From contig CP065002.1 in the NCBI GenBank assembly GCA_016700095.1, positions 1,124,145 through 1,188,144 of the forward strand: DNA of 64,000 nt. Direction: 5' to 3'. The translations under genes were made by a program, and so were the position numbers. Positions 1 through 8,553 of this stretch are shown piece by piece. Under the pieces are notes generated by a model, which was not told where the DNA came from, ran no database searches, and saw only the letters and a program-made list of their open reading frames with translations. Numbering within the stretch: position 1 is the first letter of the stretch; each line of letters starts with the position of its first letter. The DNA comes from Candidatus Woesebacteria bacterium. GTDB taxonomy: Bacteria > Patescibacteriota > Microgenomatia > UBA8517.

Positions 1-273
1 TCGGGAAATCCGATAAGTATCACAAAGATTGCTTTGCTTATTTTTTATCCGGATCAAGTTACTTTCAGAAATAATATTGCTGATGTTGGCTTCCCGCCAA
101 AATGGTTAGAAGTTCCAATTGATGAAAGCACATTTTTTACATTCATCAAAGAAGTAGATAATTTACTAATAGGTCCACTGCCGAAAGAGAGTATTAATTG
201 CAAATGGTGTCAGTATAGACACATTAACGAAACACTTATTTCTGACAAAAATACACAAGATATTCCTTTTTGA
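1..273 (+). CDS. C-terminal fragment of a hypothetical protein; true 5' end lies upstream of the window. Contains a C-terminal CxxC motif (INCKWCQY).
   Basis: The open frame runs to the window edge. It has mixed amino-acid composition unlike the I/F/L-rich spurious ORFs of AT-rich DNA. The CxxC near the C-terminus is reminiscent of Cas4/RecB-like nuclease tails, but this cannot be confirmed. Confidence 0.35.
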   Translation, partial: SGNPISITKIALLIFYPDQVTFRNNIADVGFPPKWLEVPIDESTFFTFIKEVDNLLIGPLPKESINCKWCQYRHINETLISDKNTQDIPF

Positions 274-336
274 AATTAGCATTTAATTATTTACTACTTC
301 AATCGTGATACACTTTGAAAGATTTATCACACCACA

Positions 337-780
337 ATGGAAATAATAATTGAGTCTCAAATCGGCAAAACTAAAGGTGATAAATTTCTGATAGTATTGA
401 TTTTAGAGCTATACTACTTCGTACGACGCTACTCTCAGAATCTTTCTGAAAACTACAAAGAAATAAGATCAATGAGTGTTTTTTCCGAATTTAATTTTAA
501 TTACAATCAAGCAATTCACCCCTTTGTTTTGTATTCGCTGTTAATTCCGGTTGTTATAATTATTTTAGTATGGAGTTTTTTGTACTTTGAGTTAGGCCTC
601 TTGTTGGGTGTTTTATATTTTATTTTTATAATTATTGTACTAATTGCTAGCATGCTAATTATGAGCTTGAAGTTTATAATTGACACACTCATATCAAGCT
701 ATTGTTATTTTTTGAGTTTTATTATAACTAGCATTTCCGCCTTTAGTGATTTTATAAAAATGTTGAAAAGGATTATATGA
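337..780 (+). CDS. Hypothetical small membrane protein (very hydrophobic, I/L/F-rich).
   Basis: 147-aa ORF predicted to have multiple TM helices. It lies in an AT-rich region where such ORFs can be spurious, and no SD was seen. Confidence 0.3.
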   Translation: MEIIIESQIGKTKGDKFLIVLILELYYFVRRYSQNLSENYKEIRSMSVFSEFNFNYNQAIHPFVLYSLLIPVVIIILVWSFLYFELGLLLGVLYFIFIIIVLIASMLIMSLKFIIDTLISSYCYFLSFIITSISAFSDFIKMLKRII

Positions 781-883
781 CACACTTTTAAACACAATGG
801 CAATTTACACATTGGAAATTGGGAATAATATTTAAAAGAGTTATAAATTAAAAAGTGTCGGGGAGAAATAGTAAAAGAGATGT

Positions 884-1402
884 TTATATATTTAATATAG
901 AAAACATCTCTTTTTCGTAACCTGGACTAATCCAGTCCTCATGCTTTTTGTAAAGAAGATAGTTTCTTACAGTTTTTAAATCAAGAAACTTTACCGCTTC
1001 TACTTCATCTTCTTCGCGTACAATTTCATGAAGCTGAAAATCGGTTTTCCAATAGAATACCGCGCGATACTCTTTGTATTCGTTGGCTTTATAGATTTTG
1101 ACAAGTTGCAAATCAGATACATTCACAGGTAATCCGGTTTCTTCTTGAACTTCTCTCACTGCACCCGTAAAGTAATTATCGTCCGGTCCAATATGACCGC
1201 CAACGATAACTTCCCATTTACCGGCACCATTATCTTTTTTGAACGATCTTTGCTGACATAGCACCTGGTTCTTGTCATTTAATACCCAGACGTGAGCAGT
1301 TCTTCTCCAATAGTCATTGGAAAATACCTCATGTCTTGGTAGTGGTTTTTGTGGTGTGTCGTATTCATCAACAACACATAACAATTCATTTTTATTTATC
1401 AA
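884..1402 (-). CDS. Nudix hydrolase.
   Basis: Canonical Nudix box GGHIGPDDNYFTGAVREVQEETGL (Gx5Ex7REVxEETG). The start is a TTG placed 5 nt after GGAGGTGAT. Confidence 0.8.
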   Translation of the reverse strand: MINKNELLCVVDEYDTPQKPLPRHEVFSNDYWRRTAHVWVLNDKNQVLCQQRSFKKDNGAGKWEVIVGGHIGPDDNYFTGAVREVQEETGLPVNVSDLQLVKIYKANEYKEYRAVFYWKTDFQLHEIVREEDEVEAVKFLDLKTVRNYLLYKKHEDWISPGYEKEMFSILNI

Positions 1403-1701
1403 TTTTTATCACCTCCTTTTTGTGATTAAAAGGGTTTGAAGATAATTTCCTTCCGCATGTTCACATGCAGTAAATATCTTTATTCTTTTTATCTTTCGGT
1501 ATTGTAGCACATCCACCATACAATAAATCAAGTGACAAATTATTGACTCGATTACAGTCGTTAGATTGACGACACAAAAAAATCTCGACACAAGTCGGTT
1601 TTATAATTACATTGCATACCCCCAATTGTCATTGACAAATTACTTCGACAACAAAACAGGCATCGCAAACTAACGTATGGTAAGCGTTAACTTTCTATGA
1701 A

Positions 1702-1881
1702 TTATTTCTTCAGACGCTCTGCGTCTTCTTTTGAAAGAATTTTAAATAATTTAAGTTCCTTTCCATCTTTTGTAGTAACTGCTTTTGCGGCTAGTTTTCC
1801 GTTTTTCATTGTAACGACTTCAACTGCGCTTTCCGGAACTTCAACACTTTCTCTAATTTGTACACTGTAAAATTTAATCAT
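1702..1881 (-). CDS. Small 59-aa protein not in the ORF track (MIKFYSVQIRESVEVPESAVEVVTMKNGKLAAKAVTTKDGKELKLFKILSKEDAERLKK).
   Basis: Perfect SD AAGGAGGTGATAAAGC followed by ATG, clean ORF, lysine-rich with mixed composition. An imperfect 13-bp hairpin lies in its 5' leader (1896..1930). Function unknown. Confidence 0.5.
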   Translation of the reverse strand: MIKFYSVQIRESVEVPESAVEVVTMKNGKLAAKAVTTKDGKELKLFKILSKEDAERLKK

Positions 1882-2211
1882 GCTTTATCACCTCCTTTTA
1901 TTGGTGCACCACCACCTTGGGTAGTGGTGCACAATGTATTGTGAGAAATTGCGAGAATCTCGCTTTCTATTTATACGCAACCATGTTGCTTTTGTCAACT
2001 AAAAGAAAATGGTCATGCTTTCATGTAAGTTTAAATTGAATTTGAAAATCACTAACGATTGTAAACTGCAATAAAATATAGCTGATGAAATTCCGCTAAC
2101 GAAAGTTATATATACCAAACTAGATGGTTTTGATATTTAGTTTAAGTATCTAACCAAGGAGCAATCTAACATTCTTTAAAAACTACTTTAAGTAATAGTT
2201 ATTAGATCGAT

Positions 2212-2679
2212 CTACCTACGCACTTTACCAGAGATCCGTTGTTCGTATGCTTGATATATAAAATGTTTAATATCATCGGATATTTTCGGAAGTTGATCCG
2301 TTTTAAAAAGCTTAGCTTTAGCAACTTCGTTCGACTCTTTGAATTCTCCTCCTATAAATTCACCTGTGTATAATATTTCCAAACGTGCTGAATCTCTGTC
2401 AGTTCTTATTTTGAATTTTCTATCAACACTTACAACCAGTCCCGACTCTTCTGTTACCTCGCATTCGAGAGCATCTTTGGGATGTTCTTTGGAATTAATA
2501 TAACCCGAAGGAATTCCCCATTTATCACCATTTCTAAATTCATGCTTAAACAAAAGTACTCTATTTTTATTATCGAAAAATATTCCAGCGGTAGCTACCA
2601 AAAATTCATCATGAAATATTCTCATTATGAATAGTTGTAATTTTTTAAAAGGGAATATTTTCCAAATATATTTAAGCAT
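2212..2679 (-). CDS. Nudix-family hydrolase with a divergent Nudix box.
   Basis: GIPSGYINSKEHPKDALECEVTEESGL approximates Gx5Ex7REVxEExG, with the R replaced by C. Confidence 0.55.
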   Translation of the reverse strand: MLKYIWKIFPFKKLQLFIMRIFHDEFLVATAGIFFDNKNRVLLFKHEFRNGDKWGIPSGYINSKEHPKDALECEVTEESGLVVSVDRKFKIRTDRDSARLEILYTGEFIGGEFKESNEVAKAKLFKTDQLPKISDDIKHFIYQAYEQRISGKVRR

Positions 2680-2685
2680 GAGTTA

Positions 2686-3030
2686 TCATAAAGAATCTTC
2701 GTCATAGTCATTATTACCCGCTTTTGTCCTTAATCTTTCATTTTCCAATTCAATTTTATGCAAATCTTTAGTTAACTCTGCAATTCTTTTGTTGGCTTCT
2801 TTAATATCTTTCTCTTTACTACCAATGGTAAAGTAAGTCGACATGAAGCGAAGAAAATATAGAACTGCTGTCAACAGCATGCCTATTGCAGCAGATATAA
2901 GTACCACCAAATAGATGGGACTATTGGTAAGTTGATAAAAACCAAAATTTACACTAATTTGATTTGTATTAATTGTTGCAAAATAAGCAAAAACTACACC
3001 AAACACTACTACGAATATTGAAGTTAACAT
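2686..3030 (-). CDS. Small membrane protein with two N-terminal TM helices and a C-terminal coiled coil (LapA/DUF1049-like architecture).
   Basis: Hydrophobic N-terminus (FVVVFGVVFAYF..., LVVLISAAIGMLLTAVLYF) followed by a charged helical tail (KDLHKIELENERLRTKAG). Confidence 0.5.
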   Translation of the reverse strand: MLTSIFVVVFGVVFAYFATINTNQISVNFGFYQLTNSPIYLVVLISAAIGMLLTAVLYFLRFMSTYFTIGSKEKDIKEANKRIAELTKDLHKIELENERLRTKAGNNDYDEDSL

Positions 3031-3324
3031 TATAAGGTGATTATACTATACATTTTGAAATATTTATTTTGTTATGTAATATGATTAACACTTGGTATAA
3101 CTTGTACTTTCTTTTCTAAATTCGATGCAGCAGCAACATGTTTACGTATAAAAGCACGTGTGTTTTATTTTTCGTTAACTGTTTACCATGAAGTTAATAC
3201 TCCCTCAGATTGTCAAATATATACTCACCTTCTTTTTTAAAGTTTGAGGTGAAAATCACTTACCTAGTGAATGACTTGGTGCCGCCTTACGGGAACCATA
3301 TCTTTAATTAATTTATAGTTTGTT

Positions 3325-4269
3325 TTAGAACAATCCTTCCTTTAATTCCGCAATCGATAAGACAACTTCAAACGTAGCCATATCACCTACATTTACAAAA
3401 AGTGAAAGCGAGTCTTTATCACCTTTTTTAATTATTCCTCCGCACGAATACACGACACGTCGATGTGAATGTAATTCGTTAACCAGAGGCTTGCCATCAG
3501 CTTTGATAAAATTATCAGGAGTAATGATTGGATCTTCGGCCACTTTTACTTCAAATTTATCATTATTACGCGTGAGTTTTGCCCGTCCAATACTGTAAAT
3601 ATATTTTTTAATACCATGTATTTTATGTATTGAAATACCGTGAATAATGAATAGCGCCTCCGTTTCATTTATCCAAATAGGTGGCATGGTGGTTCCTATC
3701 CGCCATTTTGCCCAATATAAATCTTTCGGAAATTCGATATCACCAAGCTTACGAGGTAGTTGATGATGAAGTGCAAACGCCAATATTTTATGATTATACT
3801 TGCGATTCTCGGGTCGGAAAAAATAAGTCACATTATCTACTGGTGTCATATTTTTTCCCGGTCCGAATGTGTTGATAATTAAATAAGGAGGAAGTTCTTC
3901 TTTCCACGTACTGTGTGAATCGATTTTAATTATTGCGGGAAATGGAATAGGATGGCCTTTTTTGTCCCGTAAAACCGCTGTAACACCAATAAGAAGATTT
4001 TCATTTTGCAATTCGATTACTCTGGGATCCTCTAAATTTACACCTTCATACACAGGTTTCCAGATGAGACGCGTGTTAACAATTTTCCCTAAACTGTCTA
4101 ATTCAAACAATTTTAACACTCCCGTATCCGGTTCTCCCTCACCCCCTGCTTTTCTTACTTCTCTTCCTATAAAATATATTGATTCACCATGTAGACTCTG
4201 CCATGCTGCCATATTATAACGAGACACTTTGCTCTCTGGAAAAATATTCTTTATTTTCTTAATTTTCAT
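3325..4269 (-). CDS. Beta-propeller glycosidase/phosphorylase-like protein (GH130 / former DUF377-like, tentative).
   Basis: 314 aa with an EDPRV motif and a repeated beta-strand-like pattern. It is directly adjacent to the GT4 fusion gene. The family assignment comes from motif memory only. Confidence 0.5.
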   Translation of the reverse strand: MKIKKIKNIFPESKVSRYNMAAWQSLHGESIYFIGREVRKAGGEGEPDTGVLKLFELDSLGKIVNTRLIWKPVYEGVNLEDPRVIELQNENLLIGVTAVLRDKKGHPIPFPAIIKIDSHSTWKEELPPYLIINTFGPGKNMTPVDNVTYFFRPENRKYNHKILAFALHHQLPRKLGDIEFPKDLYWAKWRIGTTMPPIWINETEALFIIHGISIHKIHGIKKYIYSIGRAKLTRNNDKFEVKVAEDPIITPDNFIKADGKPLVNELHSHRRVVYSCGGIIKKGDKDSLSLFVNVGDMATFEVVLSIAELKEGLF

Positions 4270-4309
4270 ATATTATTTTTTTCAACTTGTTTTCTCACTT
4301 TCAATAAGT

Positions 4310-6538
4310 TTAATTGTTTTCATTTCCAATAAGACCAGAATTGTTATATAAATTAAGTTCCGATACTACAATCCGTGATAACAAATATGAAACTAACGAC
4401 TCCGCTCCTTGATTTAAATTGATCCTATCCGGATGAATACCATCATAACAGCCACCGTTTTGATAATTGTATAGCGGAAGATTCAAACTATTATTGCCCA
4501 AAAACCAACTAAAGGAAATTGCCATCAAATTTAGATAATTATCGTCATGTGTTATTTTATACGCTGTTGATAATGCCAATATCATAGCTGCAGGATCTTC
4601 GGGTTGTTGGTCAAAGTTGCTTCTTTTTTGATTGTTTTTGTACCAATAAGAATGGCCAATTGGAATGTATCGGTTAGACGAAAATGTTTTATTAATAAGA
4701 AATGTTAATGCAGCTATTCCTTTTTCAAGGTATATTTTTCTTCCCGTTATTTTACTTGCAATTAGTAACGCCTCAGGTATCACAGCATTGTTGTAGCCCA
4801 AATAATCCGCAAACCAATTCCAAGATTTAATCGAATTTTTCGAATATTGGGTAACCAGAGAATCCGCGTGATCAATTATTTTAATTAGTAGTTCTTTGCG
4901 AAACTTGGGATATGCAGTCGATACTAGTGCAAACGATTTAATGATGAAAGCCGACGAACGAACATGTCTTAGCTCTGGTGTCAAAGGAAGCGCTTTGATA
5001 AATATTTCCTTTGCCATATTTCGTATGACCAAAGAGTTGTTTTTGTTACTCATAACTTCACCGACAGCCCATATTGCTCGTGACGATGAATCGTCTAAAT
5101 CTTCACTTTTATTTTGGGGGGTCGCTTTTTTGTGTAAATAATCTAAATAATTGATAAAGCTACCGTCTTGCGATTGGCATTTTTTAATAAATGTAAGATA
5201 TTTTTTCATTTGTATTTCTAAATTATTCAACAAGCTAGTATTCATCCAACTACATATAACCAATGCGCGCGCGTTGTCATCCAACGTATAACCATATTCC
5301 TTGCTTGGTTTGTCTAGCTTCGCAAATTGAAACAGACCAAAACCGTCAGTCATATTATTAAGATGTGTAAAGTTTATCTCCGGTAATATATTTTGTTTTA
5401 ATAGATTCGAATATTGAAGTGCGACATTACTCCATAGCATAGAACGTGTTTGCATATAAGCGTTTTTATGTTTGTTTTCAAGTTCCAACTTGTCACTGAG
5501 TAAATTATTTAAAGCTTTGGTGTAGGCATCGGAATCCATAATGGGAACAAGAATTCCCGTATCTTCATTTACAATTTCTTTCGCCTGAGCGAATTCGGTA
5601 CTAACAACCGCTCTTCCCGTTCCTAGGGCATACGACAATGTTCCACTTACGGCTTGATTGACATTTATGGAAGTGGAAATGTAAATATCTGTTGCTTTCA
5701 AAAATTGAATTAGATCTTTTAATGTTAGGTACTGATTATAAAATCTAACATGATTTTCTAATTGTAATTCTGCAACAAGACTTACTAATTCTTTCCGGTA
5801 ACTTTCCCCTTCATTTTGTTGAACCACTGGATGAGTTTGTCCTAAAACCAGATATAATATATTCGGGTGTCTTTTTACAAGCTCGGGAAGTGCTTGTATT
5901 ACATATTCGATACCCTTTCCTCTACTTAATAACCCAAATGTCGACATGATACTCAAGTTACTTTTTAATTTCAGTTTCTGTTTGGCAGCCTTAGTTGTAG
6001 AAAAAGCAGCATAATGAACACCATGTGAAATTACATATACCTTTCCTTTCGATTTTGGATACAGTGTCTCCAATAAACTTTTTGAGCTTTGAGTCAAAAC
6101 GACGATAATGTTTGCACGATTAATTAATCTACCAGTAACACTTTTCATATTGTCGGAAGGGTTGGGTAAAACAGTGTGCAGCGTTATTAGTATGGGTTTT
6201 TCGCACGCTTCAATAAATGAAAGAATATATTCGCCGTCATTGCCACCGTAAATCCCATATTCATGTTGAATCATGACACCGCTAATCCCTGCATCATTAT
6301 TAAAAATTTGGGCTAGATTTTTATATTCGGCTATGGCGTTCTGATTAATTTCCCATTTTACTTCCGAAGGATATATAAATTTATCAAGAGGTGAAAAATT
6401 CATCGCCGCAACTTTGCATTGGACATCCTTCCCTAAAAGCTTTTGACTTGAGTTTAATAAATCCTGATTAAATGTTGCTATACCGCATTCACGGGGAGGA
6501 TATGTTCCCATGAAAACAACTGTGGGTTGTGTTATCAA
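4310..6538 (-). CDS. Bifunctional-architecture protein: N-terminal GT4 (group 1) glycosyltransferase fused to a C-terminal (alpha/alpha)6-barrel glycoside-hydrolase-like domain (GDE_C/GH63/GH15-like).
   Basis: N-terminus GTYPPRECGIATF and EYGIYGG typical of GT4 retaining transferases. The C-terminal 350 aa carries LDDNARALV and aromatic-rich toroid-like repeats. Total length 742 aa. Confidence 0.75.
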   Translation of the reverse strand: MITQPTVVFMGTYPPRECGIATFNQDLLNSSQKLLGKDVQCKVAAMNFSPLDKFIYPSEVKWEINQNAIAEYKNLAQIFNNDAGISGVMIQHEYGIYGGNDGEYILSFIEACEKPILITLHTVLPNPSDNMKSVTGRLINRANIIVVLTQSSKSLLETLYPKSKGKVYVISHGVHYAAFSTTKAAKQKLKLKSNLSIMSTFGLLSRGKGIEYVIQALPELVKRHPNILYLVLGQTHPVVQQNEGESYRKELVSLVAELQLENHVRFYNQYLTLKDLIQFLKATDIYISTSINVNQAVSGTLSYALGTGRAVVSTEFAQAKEIVNEDTGILVPIMDSDAYTKALNNLLSDKLELENKHKNAYMQTRSMLWSNVALQYSNLLKQNILPEINFTHLNNMTDGFGLFQFAKLDKPSKEYGYTLDDNARALVICSWMNTSLLNNLEIQMKKYLTFIKKCQSQDGSFINYLDYLHKKATPQNKSEDLDDSSSRAIWAVGEVMSNKNNSLVIRNMAKEIFIKALPLTPELRHVRSSAFIIKSFALVSTAYPKFRKELLIKIIDHADSLVTQYSKNSIKSWNWFADYLGYNNAVIPEALLIASKITGRKIYLEKGIAALTFLINKTFSSNRYIPIGHSYWYKNNQKRSNFDQQPEDPAAMILALSTAYKITHDDNYLNLMAISFSWFLGNNSLNLPLYNYQNGGCYDGIHPDRINLNQGAESLVSYLLSRIVVSELNLYNNSGLIGNENN

Positions 6539-6730
6539 AGTACTCCTTGATTATACCCCAGAACCCCAAATTAAACTAAATTTTCCATATATAAATTAGA
6601 ATATATCAATACTAGCTTGCGTTGTTACTTTATATTTGAATATTCGACCCGTCGAGGAATTTTTCTACTATTAGCCCTTAATTGTTGCATTGCAACTTTG
6701 CACTTACTTTATCTTGGGTATAATAAGAAA

Positions 6731-7294
6731 ATGGGACAAATTCCTTTCTTAACCTTGTTGGCGTTATTGTCATTTCTGGGTTATTTTTATACCAACAAAC
6801 GTCCGTATAAGTATGAATTTAAAACTAAAATTGACGATCGACTTAAACTAATTCCGGTATTTGTTATTCCATATCTATCACTGTTCCCGCTTCTTGTCGT
6901 TACGTATTTGTCTTTAGATCATATTTCTTTACTAAAGTTCTTATTGGCATTAATCGTGGTAAATGTTACGTCCTCACTCTTCTGGTTTTACATTCCCAAC
7001 GGAGTCAGACGTTACAAGGTCGACAAATACGATACCCTGTCAAAAATAATTAATTACATATATATCCACGATGGTGATACAAATGGCTTTCCGTCGGCAC
7101 ACGTTTTCTTAAGTACTATCTGCACATACTATTTATATAGTAATTACAACAATCTAGCGTACATTATTCTCGGTTTAATTATTATTCTCTCAACCGTATT
7201 TATAAAACAACACTACGTTGTCGACATACTGGGTGGATTGCTTTTTGCTACAATTGCACTGGTTACCTCCGGTTTACTATTGGCAAATTATTAG
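6731..7294 (+). CDS. PAP2-superfamily membrane phosphatase (phosphatidic acid phosphatase type 2-like).
   Basis: Motifs FPSAHV (PSGH-like) and QHYVVDILGG (SRx5Hx3D-like), about 5 TM helices. The start was moved to the ATG at 6731, preceded by TTGCAC-N15-TATAAT. The track ORF began at 6617. Confidence 0.65.
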   Translation: MGQIPFLTLLALLSFLGYFYTNKRPYKYEFKTKIDDRLKLIPVFVIPYLSLFPLLVVTYLSLDHISLLKFLLALIVVNVTSSLFWFYIPNGVRRYKVDKYDTLSKIINYIYIHDGDTNGFPSAHVFLSTICTYYLYSNYNNLAYIILGLIIILSTVFIKQHYVVDILGGLLFATIALVTSGLLLANY

Positions 7295-7381
7295 GACGAA
7301 CAAACAGTCATACTTTGGGATATTTGAAATTAATTTAAGCCTCTCTTTCATTGTCAATTGCCGGTACTGTATCATTAACGT

Positions 7382-8395
7382 ATGAAAATAAAAGTCCCAG
7401 GATATCTGACTGACAAATTCGTACCTGACTTAAACGCAGTTAATCTCTTAGAGTATTTTTTGATATCAGCTATCAGCGCGTTTCTTGTTATCCGGCTGTT
7501 TCTCGGACTTACAGGTTTTCCCATTATTGGTGGTGATGAACTCCATTTTGCACACATGCTCTGGGGCGGGATCTTTATGCTTCTTGCCATCATTGTGTAT
7601 TCGACATTTATAAATACCCACAGCAAAACAGTTGGGGCGATACTCGGAGGAATTGGATTTGGTACATTTATCGATGAATTGGGAAAATTCATAACTGCCG
7701 ACAACGATTACTTTTACAAACCGACAATTGCATTAATCTATATCATATTTATTTTTATCTTTCTTTTTATTCGTTGGATTTCCTCAATCAGTGAATACTC
7801 ATCAAAAACATATCTGGCAAATTCTATCGAGGTTCTGAGAGAATTGGTTATCTTGGATCTTGATATCAGCGAAAGAAAGCGAGCTTTAAAGTATTTAAAA
7901 AAGTGCGATTCTGGAAATTATATTGTCAATATGCTTAAAGACATTATCGAAAAAACTACAGCCGCACCCCCAAGTAAATCTTTCTATATTACAATTACGT
8001 TACTACTTTTCGGGTGGTACAAAAATACTCTCCATGCAAAGTTTATTTCACAAAGTCTAATACTATTCTTTATAATTACAACCCTCTCCAATTCATTTTT
8101 GGCAATTTATAGATTGTATTATTGGTCGGATCATTCTTTTAGTGACCTTGGGACTTTTTTCTCTTCGATAATCGTTGGTGTGTTTGTTGTTCTGGCTATC
8201 CGTTTTTATCTTAAGGGCAAACGTCTTCATATGTATTACTACCTCCAACACGCCTCACTAGTCGCCATCTTGTTTCTGCAATTCTTTCTATTTCTTCAAA
8301 ACGAAATGACAGCATTTTTTTCATTTGTTATGTTTCTCTCAATCTACCTTGTAATTAAATATGCAATCGAAGCTGAACGAAGATATAAGATTTGA
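7382..8395 (+). CDS. Polytopic integral membrane protein, function unknown.
   Basis: 337 aa with many TM helices. The overlapping antisense ORF 7375..7704 is rejected. Confidence 0.55.
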   Translation: MKIKVPGYLTDKFVPDLNAVNLLEYFLISAISAFLVIRLFLGLTGFPIIGGDELHFAHMLWGGIFMLLAIIVYSTFINTHSKTVGAILGGIGFGTFIDELGKFITADNDYFYKPTIALIYIIFIFIFLFIRWISSISEYSSKTYLANSIEVLRELVILDLDISERKRALKYLKKCDSGNYIVNMLKDIIEKTTAAPPSKSFYITITLLLFGWYKNTLHAKFISQSLILFFIITTLSNSFLAIYRLYYWSDHSFSDLGTFFSSIIVGVFVVLAIRFYLKGKRLHMYYYLQHASLVAILFLQFFLFLQNEMTAFFSFVMFLSIYLVIKYAIEAERRYKI

Positions 8396-8553
8396 ACTAT
8401 ACATTCTAGTTCGCTGCTAAATTAAAATTTCTAAAAAATACCATTTCACACGTACCCAGTGATGCAGATAACGGGTGTCGCGTAAATTACAAATGAAAAG
8501 AATATTTATTTTCATTAATTATTGCTTCTAACTTAAGCATCAAAAAGCCATTC

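Noticed and set aside
1409-1591. 60-aa minus-strand ORF upstream of the Nudix gene.
   Set aside because: It overlaps the SD/TTG start region of the Nudix gene and has no ribosome-binding site.
7375-7704. 109-aa minus-strand ORF.
   Set aside because: It is antisense to the N-terminus of the membrane protein gene 7382..8395. It begins in the intergenic region and has no SD.
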